This document shows positions 34,476 to 41,472 of a stretch of DNA of 64,000 nt, piece by piece; position 1 is the stretch's first letter, and every line of letters begins with the position of its first letter. The stretch lies in the NCBI GenBank assembly GCA_002392765.1, contig DGHT01000045.1, positions 1,315 to 65,314 of the forward strand, written 5' to 3'. The notes below the pieces were generated by a model. That model was given only the letters and a program-made list of their open reading frames with translations. It made no database searches and had not been told where the DNA came from. This DNA is from Verrucomicrobia bacterium UBA3841. GTDB taxonomy: Bacteria > Verrucomicrobiota > Kiritimatiellia > RFP12 > UBA1067. The position numbers and the translations under genes were made by a program.

Positions 34476-36479
34476 TTATACTTGCATGATTCTTTTAGTG
34501 TAGTCATCTATTCGCCTTTTCAAGAGCTCCGCAGAAAGTGGTAACTTGAGAACATCCGAGTTTACATTCTGATCGCCCTTGCCACTCACCTCAATTTCAA
34601 ATCCTTTGTTAACGTTATCGTAAAGTGTATTAATAGCAGTTATCGTCCCTGGTGTGGGTCTGCATGCAAAAAACACCCTTTGCGCGAGAAATTCATCCAG
34701 CGCGACTTTCTGTCGCTCGGCTTCAGTAAGGAATGAATTATTTCCTTCATATGGAGGCCTGTTCCGAATATATGTAAACATATCTGAGACAATACGCCCG
34801 CTCATATCGAACCCTGCGTCTGACATAATGCTTTCATTCCCATCCTTAGGTCCTAGAAGAGACAAAATGGCGTTAACAATTATATTGTCAATGTCGCGAG
34901 ACGACTCACACCAACGCTTAAAGGTCCCATATGTGATTGGTTCTCGGCCGACGAAAGGCTTTATTTCAGGGGCATTTCCATCTGCAAGATCCGTCACAAG
35001 CTTCTTCGTAGTTTCAAAAGAACTTGCTAGTTCAATGGTGTTGCAGCGACTTAAAAAACGCGGACTCAATGGGCGTGTTGTTTCGTCCGAATTACATGTA
35101 CCGATCACGCGGAAGTTTTGCTCCACAAACAAGTCCATGCCATTATCCTTACACCCAGGAATCACCCCCATTCCTCGACTCATGATTTGGATAAAATCAG
35201 AGAAGTAATGCTCAACACATGCAAGATTCATTTCTTCAAAACAGACAATGCCCATCGGCAAGTTCTCACCTTCAGATATATTCCTTATGAATTCTGCCAA
35301 GTGACTCGGCGCATGCCGAAAACCACCGTCTGTCTCATAGCCAAGTAGATCCGCAGGTTCCATCCATGCCGGGTTAACAAAAATCTGCCGCCACGACCGC
35401 TCGGCCGGCGGCCGCTCGGCGTCATTCTTTGCGGGCGAACCAGCAACAGCCCTCATATACAATTCTGCCAATGAAGATTTACCTGTGCCGGGGTTACCCG
35501 CTAACAGCGTACACATCGAACACTTGACGCTTGTGTGTAGTCTTACTAGATCGGCCGTGCTATACTTGAAGCCGCACCTTTTGACATATTGCTCAAAACT
35601 TTTCAAAAAAGATATCTCTGTCTCATCCCATTTATCGTCATCCTTGTTGCCTGCACTTTCATGTGACGAATTCTTTCCTGTCAAGCCAGCCGTATCAGAA
35701 GTGGCATCACCAGTCGCTTGTGGCCGGCCAGATATTGCTCTTTCTACGCTATCGCCAACATTGGCACCTATCATGCCGCCTCCACTCAACGGCTCGTCAT
35801 CTTCTGCCTCTGCCCCACGTTCACAACCATCATCGACGGGCAACTTTCGCCAAATGTTTTCATCCGCAAGAAGATCGTCGGTAGTCACATTTTTGAACGG
35901 ATTCACTAACACAAATTGGTCACCATTAAACTTGATCTCCTTACGACGATCGTCATTGCTGAAGAAATAAAACGTCTGCTTCAGGGTCTTCTCCTCATGA
36001 TCCGGCAACCGATCTTCACGAACACCTTCTCCAACTTGAACACGGCCCGTCTCACGATCATAAGTAAATCCTGAATAAAACTTGTTTTCATCTGAAATGA
36101 TAACGTCTCGCGTCCATATTTTATACTTTGGACATAGCCCTTTTGCTGAATTATTTCGGATGAAATCATCCAACGAGGTAGTCTTTGACTCCTCAAATTC
36201 TTCCCATTTCCTCATCTGCACAGGGCGTTTTGCGTTTGCAAATAGGAGTGTCTTTCCATTTTTTACTGTGCACACCGCAAACTCATCACAGACGCAATAT
36301 GGCTTTTCCCCTGAATCAACATGTATTTCACGATCGCCAAGAGGATTGCCAGCTGCATCTACTGCGCTTTTCAATATATGCTTTCGAACTGCGCCTGTCG
36401 CATCACGATCGCGATCATCGTATATCCCATAAATAAAGTCGTCCTTCTTGACATTCCTATTGTAGTGTTTTGGTGCCAT
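34476..36479 (-). CDS. McrB-like AAA+ (AAA_5) NTPase with large unknown N-terminal domain
   Basis: Start taken at MAPKHYNRNV, preceded by AAGGAGAG. Walker A is LLAGNPGTGKS (35475-35498). Walker B plus the McrB-type segment is IVCFEEMNLACVEHYFSDFIQIM, followed by VIGTCNSDETTRPLSPRFLSRCNTIEL. Confidence 0.75.
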   Translation of the reverse strand: MAPKHYNRNVKKDDFIYGIYDDRDRDATGAVRKHILKSAVDAAGNPLGDREIHVDSGEKPYCVCDEFAVCTVKNGKTLLFANAKRPVQMRKWEEFEESKTTSLDDFIRNNSAKGLCPKYKIWTRDVIISDENKFYSGFTYDRETGRVQVGEGVREDRLPDHEEKTLKQTFYFFSNDDRRKEIKFNGDQFVLVNPFKNVTTDDLLADENIWRKLPVDDGCERGAEAEDDEPLSGGGMIGANVGDSVERAISGRPQATGDATSDTAGLTGKNSSHESAGNKDDDKWDETEISFLKSFEQYVKRCGFKYSTADLVRLHTSVKCSMCTLLAGNPGTGKSSLAELYMRAVAGSPAKNDAERPPAERSWRQIFVNPAWMEPADLLGYETDGGFRHAPSHLAEFIRNISEGENLPMGIVCFEEMNLACVEHYFSDFIQIMSRGMGVIPGCKDNGMDLFVEQNFRVIGTCNSDETTRPLSPRFLSRCNTIELASSFETTKKLVTDLADGNAPEIKPFVGREPITYGTFKRWCESSRDIDNIIVNAILSLLGPKDGNESIMSDAGFDMSGRIVSDMFTYIRNRPPYEGNNSFLTEAERQKVALDEFLAQRVFFACRPTPGTITAINTLYDNVNKGFEIEVSGKGDQNVNSDVLKLPLSAELLKRRIDDYTKRIMQV

Positions 36480-36495
36480 CGTACTCTCCTTATTT

Positions 36496-36672
36496 TTAAA
36501 TTCCAACCTCTTGCTGAGCTTGCAGTCTCCGATCCAAGTCCAATTGCATATAATCCACCGCTACAGAACGAAGCCCCATAAAATCATATCCAAGATCATC
36601 AAGAAACATTTTCGCTACAAAATAATTGGCATCAACTAATGCGTTGAAATACCTGTACTTATTCTCTTCCAT
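36496..36672 (-). CDS. 58-aa acidic helical protein, first gene of the island operon (not in ORF track)
   Basis: My own translation is MEENKYRYFNALVDANYFVAKMFLDDLGYDFMGLRSVAVDYMQLDLDRRLQAQQEVGI. A strong SD (GAGGAGGAGGCTCTACAATG) precedes it. Its composition is AT-rich like the island. Confidence 0.4.
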   Translation of the reverse strand: MEENKYRYFNALVDANYFVAKMFLDDLGYDFMGLRSVAVDYMQLDLDRRLQAQQEVGI

Positions 36673-36736
36673 TGTAGAGCCTCCTCCTCAGCGCCACAAA
36701 CCTATCCGATCGGAATCGTGCCACTGTTCCCCTCTT

Positions 36737-36934
36737 TCATTCCAAGCCTTCAAGCGCCTTCAGTACCGCTTTGATGTCTGAAAGGGTATACCGGCCCGGC
36801 GTAAAGACCACCTTGTCGCCGACGACTTTCCACCGCGGTGAAGGCTTTTTCGCGCCAAGGCGCTTCTTCGCCGCTGAAGTCTTCGTCTTCGGGGTCTCAA
36901 CATGTTTCTGCGCCTTAGATGACATTCGTTTCAT
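36737..36934 (-). CDS. small basic hypothetical protein
   Basis: High-GC ORF reading MKRMSSKAQKHVETPKTKTSAAKKRLGAKKPSPRWKVVGDKVVF... I recognise no motif, and the start is uncertain. Confidence 0.3.
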   Translation of the reverse strand: MKRMSSKAQKHVETPKTKTSAAKKRLGAKKPSPRWKVVGDKVVFTPGRYTLSDIKAVLKALEGLE

Positions 36935-36997
36935 GCTATTGCCCACCTTACCTTCCCTTTGCACCGTGTTCCACTGCAGACGGCACGCTCGGTGATC

Positions 36998-37272
36998 GCG
37001 CCCTACCGTTCCCCGCGCAGGAAATCTGTTTGTACATATTATACCACAAAAATGGAAAATGCGGCGGAATTTTTCCCGTTCACAACGACGAGGGCGTCGT
37101 CGCTACGCAGGACATCTGTCAGCTATCTCCAACTTTGCAACATTGCCAAAATCAGGTCTGCGGCACGAAAATTCCCGCGAGAGATCCCCGCCCGCAGGCC
37201 TGCCCGGGCTCTCTCAGCCGGGTTTACGCCTAGTGGCATTACAGTATACGGGAGAGCGGCGGGAATCTGACA
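36998..37272 (+). repeat. composite repeat A+B+C (left end of the cassette-like stretch)
   Basis: A (36998-37065) recurs at 41079-41145. B+C (37089-37272) recurs at 39466-39649 with one mismatch. C (37235-37272, GGCATTACAGTATACGGGAGAGCGGCGGGAATCTGACA) recurs four times in total. Confidence 0.85.
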
Positions 37273-37343
37273 ACGAGAGCGATGAGGATAGCGACATTCA
37301 TTTGAACCGGAACGATACACGCGCGTAAATTGCGAACGCGCCC

Positions 37344-38309
37344 TTGCTATTATTCCGCAAATATGGTATCATGTGCGGCATGGACGGAAGCGATATACTA
37401 TATCTATCGAGCGAAGATACGGCGAAACGGTGGGAAATATCCGACCGGAGAGTGCGCGTTTTATGCGAGAACGGGCAGATTCCCGGCGCTATACGCGATG
37501 GGAATCTGTGGAAAATCCCCGCCCCTGCCGTGAAACCGCGCGACGGGCGGACGATGCGCGGCCTCGGAATTCCCGTCGCCTTGCGCGGAACTATCGCCGA
37601 AATCGATTCGCTCAAAGAACAACTCGCAGCCAAGCGCCCATTGACGGACGGCGAGCGCGAACGGTTGCGCGATGCGTTTCTTGTCGATTACACCTACTCG
37701 TCGAACGCCATCGAGGGCAACACGCTCACGCTCAGCGAAACAGCGATGGTGCTTTCGGGTATGACAATTGGCGAAAAGCCGCTTCGCGACCATCTTGAAG
37801 CGACTGGACACCGGGACGCCTTTTGCTTCCTGGAAGATTTCGTGAAATCCGGCGAGGCGATTGGCGAAGCCTTCATCCGCCAGCTCCATTCGCTCGTCCT
37901 TGCAGACAAGCCGATGGACAAGGGCGTCTATCGCCGCATCCCCGTCATTATTACCGGAGCCGTCCATACGCCGCCGCAACCTTACATGGTCGCGCCGATG
38001 ATGGAAGAATGGGTGCGGGACTTGCGCGCTACGCGGCACCACCCGATTGTCGCCGCAGCGGAATTTCACATTCGCTTCGAGGCCATCCATCCGTTCATCG
38101 ACGGCAACGGAAGAACAGGGAGGCTTTTGGCAAACTTCATCTTGATGCAGTCAGGCTATATGCCGGTCAGCGTCAAATACGAAGACCGCCGGGCCTACTA
38201 CGACGCCTTCACCGCCTATCATAAAGACGGCGACATCGCGCCCATGCTTGGAATATTCGCCGAGCGTGAACGGCAACGCCTGTTGGATTGTCTCGCTGCA
38301 ATAGGCTGA
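37344..38309 (+). CDS. Fic-family protein (AMPylase-type Fic/DOC domain)
   Basis: It carries the Fic motif HPFIDGNGRTGRLL. There is an N-terminal HTH-like segment. The start codon is uncertain (alternative ATGs at 37371 and 37380). Confidence 0.85.
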   Translation: MLLFRKYGIMCGMDGSDILYLSSEDTAKRWEISDRRVRVLCENGQIPGAIRDGNLWKIPAPAVKPRDGRTMRGLGIPVALRGTIAEIDSLKEQLAAKRPLTDGERERLRDAFLVDYTYSSNAIEGNTLTLSETAMVLSGMTIGEKPLRDHLEATGHRDAFCFLEDFVKSGEAIGEAFIRQLHSLVLADKPMDKGVYRRIPVIITGAVHTPPQPYMVAPMMEEWVRDLRATRHHPIVAAAEFHIRFEAIHPFIDGNGRTGRLLANFILMQSGYMPVSVKYEDRRAYYDAFTAYHKDGDIAPMLGIFAERERQRLLDCLAAIG

Positions 38310-38483
38310 AAAACGCCTGCATGCTTTAGTTGCTGTCAGTTCCTTTATTACCGTAATATGTCGGATGATGGGATAGGGACTCGATTTCCTGCACCGCAAT
38401 TCGGCTGTAGCCCGCCGCTCTCGCACTTGACAAATGTAGCCCACAAATGCTACAATACGCTCATCATTTCTTGGAGGCAATCA

Positions 38484-38816
38484 ATGCAAGCTACGCGAAC
38501 CGACACAGTCAGAGCAAGAATATCTCCCGAGTTGAAGAACTCGGTTGAAGGGATATTCTCGTCGCTCGGCATGAATTCATCACAGGCGATAGTCCTGTTT
38601 TTCAAACAAGTCGAATTGCATAACGGGCTTCCGTTCGACGTGACTTTGCCGCCAAAGAAAATCCCCAACATGGCCACGATGTCCGACGAAGAGGTTGATG
38701 CCGCTCTTCAGGCGGGCATCGATGAAATTGACGCGGGCAAGTGCGTTCCGCTGAACAGGGCTTATGCCGGATTTCGCAGGAGACACGCAAAATGGGCGAC
38801 TATGGCATCGAAATAA
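38484..38816 (+). CDS. RelB/DinJ-family antitoxin
   Basis: The start MQATRTDTVRARISPELKNSVEGIFSSLGMNSSQAIVLFFKQV is preceded by GGAGG. This is a ribbon-helix-helix DinJ-like N-terminus. Confidence 0.75.
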   Translation: MQATRTDTVRARISPELKNSVEGIFSSLGMNSSQAIVLFFKQVELHNGLPFDVTLPPKKIPNMATMSDEEVDAALQAGIDEIDAGKCVPLNRAYAGFRRRHAKWATMASK

Positions 38817-39094
38817 CTCCTGCGGCAATCAGGGACATTGACGAGGCGTTCGGCTACTTCTCCTTTCATCTTGAAAACCCGCAGGCGGCATTTGACTTGA
38901 CCAACGAGATTTATCTCCGCATGCAGGATTTGGACTGCATGCCGGAGCGCTTTCCCGTATGGAAACGAGAGCCGTTCAGATCAAGAGGCGTCCGCAGTTT
39001 TGGAGTAAAGAACTTCAACGTCTTCTATACGGTCGACAAAGAACGGCTGCGCGTAAGCATCATTCGCGTCATCTACAATCGTCGCGACGTGTAA
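38792..39094 (+). CDS. RelE/ParE-family toxin
   Basis: 100 aa, overlapping the antitoxin's end by 25 nt. The C-terminus NVFYTVDKERLRVSIIRVIYNRRD is typical of ParE/RelE. Confidence 0.75.
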   Translation: MGDYGIEITPAAIRDIDEAFGYFSFHLENPQAAFDLTNEIYLRMQDLDCMPERFPVWKREPFRSRGVRSFGVKNFNVFYTVDKERLRVSIIRVIYNRRDV

Positions 39095-39465
39095 ACGAAA
39101 AAAGCGGCCGCGCCTCCATGTTAGAAGCGTGACCGCTCTGGTCTACCCTTGAGGCTTGCAATCTTCACATTGCCCGCATTTCGCGTTCTCGCTACACCCG
39201 CCATCGCACGGCGCATCCGGCAGTCAATCTGAGCACTCGTCCTTGCGCGCCCGCACCTCCTCCGCGGCAGCCTTGCGATTTTTCATCTGCCAAGTGATCG
39301 AGCCTCTCGCCCAGTGCGAACGACGCTATGCCAAGCAAACCTCCAGCAGCGCGCGCCTTAGGTGCTTTGCCGTATCGTGCAACGGCTCCCAGCGCTGCAA
39401 TACGGTGCACTTTTTATCTATATCTACCGACGTCTTTGCCATTCCCTGTTGATTGTCAAACTGGG

Positions 39466-39649
39466 CGAGGGCATCGTCGCTACGCAGGACATCTGTCAGC
39501 TATCTCCAACTTTGCAACATTGCCAAAATCAGGTCTGCGGCACGAAAATTCCCGCGAGAGATCCCCGCCCGCAGGCCTGCCCGGGCTCTCTCAGCCGGGT
39601 TTACGCCTAGTGGCATTACAGTATACGGGAGAGCGGCGGGAATCTGACA
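39466..39649 (+). repeat. repeat B+C copy
   Basis: 184 bp, near-identical to 37089-37272. Confidence 0.9.
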
Positions 39650-39730
39650 AGCAAAAATTGCAAAAAACACCTGCAAAAACACCTGCGGCCGACACGTATT
39701 CTACGACGGCTTTTCAGCAAAAGGATGGAC

Positions 39731-40042
39731 TTATACCATATCCGCACAATCCTCGCGCACGGCATCGGCAAACAGCTTCGGCTGGCGAATCGCAATGCGG
39801 AGAAGAACCCGCGCCGCTCCGGTCGGATGACGCCGCCCTTGTTCCCAATTGCGCAGTGTGCCGACGCTGACGCCCATGAATTTTGCAAATGAGTCCTGGC
39901 TGAGATTGAAGGCCTGACGCACATGTTGTACGTCTTCCTTGTTTTCGACCACAAAACGGCGAGAAGGCCTGCGCTCTCCCCTAAGGATTTCTCCCCCTTC
40001 GCGCATGCTCTCAAGCAGCAAGTCAAAATTCTTCTTATTCAT
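39731..40042 (-). CDS. XRE-type HTH antitoxin (HigA/COG2944-like)
   Basis: Start taken at MNKKNFDLLLESMREG, preceded by GGAGGG. The HTH is LSQDSFAKFMGVSVGTLRNWEQGRRHPTGAARVLL. Confidence 0.7.
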   Translation of the reverse strand: MNKKNFDLLLESMREGGEILRGERRPSRRFVVENKEDVQHVRQAFNLSQDSFAKFMGVSVGTLRNWEQGRRHPTGAARVLLRIAIRQPKLFADAVREDCADMV

Positions 40043-40107
40043 GTTTATAACCCTCCGCAATTTCCTTCATCAACTTTTTCTGACCTTCTGTCAGATTTTC
40101 TCCTAAT
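40035..40107 (-). pseudogene. 3' remnant of the cognate toxin gene, truncated by repeat C
   Basis: The frame reads ...LGENLTEGQKKLMKEIAEGYKHE then a stop, and it overlaps the antitoxin's ATG. The reading frame disappears into the repeat copy at 40108-40145. Confidence 0.35.
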
Positions 40108-40145
40108 GGCGTTACAGTATACGGGAGAGCGGCGGGAATCTGACA
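40108..40145 (+). repeat. repeat C copy (alone)
   Basis: GGCGTTACAGTATACGGGAGAGCGGCGGGAATCTGACA. Confidence 0.85.
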
Positions 40146-40240
40146 GGGATGTTTACGGCGAGGCCGACCCGAGTCTGATTCCACGGCATCTTCAGGGCGG
40201 CAATTCTGCCGACATCAGGGAGATGCGCCATTCTGGCGCG

Positions 40241-40990
40241 TCACAGTTCCGAAAGGATGTTCTTCCGCCCGGACTGGTATTCCTCCTCGGTGACGAGGTT
40301 CTCGTCCTTCAATTCCTGCAAAGCGGCGAGACGGTCTTTGAGCGGCTGTTTGCATGGAACGGCAGCTGCTTCGCTCTTCCTGTTCCAGCAAGCCAGCAAA
40401 GTCGCGTAAAACACGAAAAGCGCAATTTGCCCGATCAATTCAAACCACGGGAAAACGTTTCTGTACAAAGGCGAATAATCGTTCTGGGCATAGACGATCA
40501 GGCGAACGACGAGCATTTCTGCAATCGTCGCGAATCCGATCATGCCTATGCAGCCGACCGCTCCTGCCACTCTGTCCTTCAACAGATGCACGGGCGTCAG
40601 CGTCAATGCCGTAAAAGCGGACATCAACGCAAGCCAGTGCATCTGGTTCTCCCTGGCGAACTCAATAATGAAATCCGCCTCGCAATACACGGCAAGATTA
40701 TGCAGCAGGCACATGAAACCGCCCGCCAATCCAAGGTAGGGAGTTATGCGATGCGGCTTGAAAACAAGCAGCGACACAATTCCTCCGATAAAGCAGACAT
40801 TCCCTGTCAGGTAAAGCAGCTGGATAAAATCGTAATACGACTTGAATTCATCGTAAGACTTGAAATCGAACTTGATCAGCGTAAGTCCCGCGTTTATTGC
40901 AAACAATGCGTACGCAATGGCGCAAAGTGCGCCTGTCCATACCAGGCATTGCCTGCGCTCCACGTTTGGTTTTACAACTTGACCAGTCAT
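40241..40990 (-). CDS. multi-pass membrane protein with C-terminal SHOCT-like domain
   Basis: 249 aa with about six hydrophobic helices. The C-terminus is LAALQELKDENLVTEEEYQSGRKNILSEL. Confidence 0.6.
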   Translation of the reverse strand: MTGQVVKPNVERRQCLVWTGALCAIAYALFAINAGLTLIKFDFKSYDEFKSYYDFIQLLYLTGNVCFIGGIVSLLVFKPHRITPYLGLAGGFMCLLHNLAVYCEADFIIEFARENQMHWLALMSAFTALTLTPVHLLKDRVAGAVGCIGMIGFATIAEMLVVRLIVYAQNDYSPLYRNVFPWFELIGQIALFVFYATLLACWNRKSEAAAVPCKQPLKDRLAALQELKDENLVTEEEYQSGRKNILSEL

Positions 40991-41078
40991 TTTCCTGTTC
41001 CTCTCGCTTATATTTCAGGTTTGGTTTGATAAAACAGCAGAAAACTGGGCCGCAGGGATGGCGGCGCACCCGGAGTGT

Positions 41079-41186
41079 GCGCCCTACCGTTCCCCGCGCG
41101 GGAAATCTGTTTGTACATATTATACCAAAAAATGGAAAATGCGGCAATGGCATTACAGTATACGGGAAAGCGGCGGGAATCTGACA
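41079..41186 (+). repeat. repeat A+C copy (right end of the cassette-like stretch)
   Basis: A spans 41079-41145 and C spans 41149-41186. The B module is absent. Confidence 0.85.
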
Positions 41187-41250
41187 AGGCTTGCGCCAGT
41201 TGAAAGGTTGAAGGTTGAAAAGTTGAAAGGCGGCTTTCCCGGTTAGTAGA

Positions 41251-41430
41251 ACGGGCGGGACGCCACCCTGCTAGGGCATCCGCTTCGCGGACGGTCTTCG
41301 ACCGGGGGATACGTTCCCCCAGTTACGGGCGGGACGCCACCCCTGCTAGGGCATCCGCTTCGCGGACGGTCTTCGACCGGGGGATACGTTCCCCCAGTGA
41401 CGGGCGGGACGCCCATTCCCCCAGTGACGG
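41251..41430 (+). repeat. tandem 74-75-bp repeats (two full units plus a partial)
   Basis: The unit is ACGGGCGGGACGCCACCCCTGCTAGGGCATCCGCTTCGCGGACGGTCTTCGACCGGGGGATACGTTCCCCCAGT. Related single copies lie at 1-35 and 17040-17110. Confidence 0.8.
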
Positions 41431-41472
41431 CGGTGCGGGGTCACACCGCCCTACCGGACGCGCTTATGCGAC

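Larger units (their letters stand above)
22600..36700. other. AT-richer genomic island (no integrase, transposase or flanking tRNA seen)
   Basis: Base composition and codon usage shift abruptly by eye after the peptidase gene (about 22.6 kb) and return to high GC at about 36.7 kb. All ORFs inside are Lys/Asn/Ile-rich, unlike the flanks. Confidence 0.7.

Noticed and set aside
36717-36723. A perfect sigma-54 -24 element TGGCACG on the minus strand, about 45 nt upstream of the first gene of the island operon.
   Set aside because: The -12 position reads CGATC instead of TTGCW, with no GC at the required spacing. A lone heptamer is not sufficient to call a promoter. It is worth re-examining only if a transcription start maps about 24 nt downstream.
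22570-36740. Calling the AT-rich island a prophage, ICE or transposon.
   Set aside because: I recognised no integrase, transposase, conjugation, capsid, tail or terminase genes, no flanking tRNA and no clear terminal repeats. The mobility mechanism is left open.
36998-41186. Calling the repeat-delimited TA/Fic stretch an integron.
   Set aside because: No intI-like integrase is in the window, and I could not identify canonical attC R''/L''-L'/R' cores in the 38-bp repeat by eye. I report it only as a cassette-like architecture pending a covariance-model scan.
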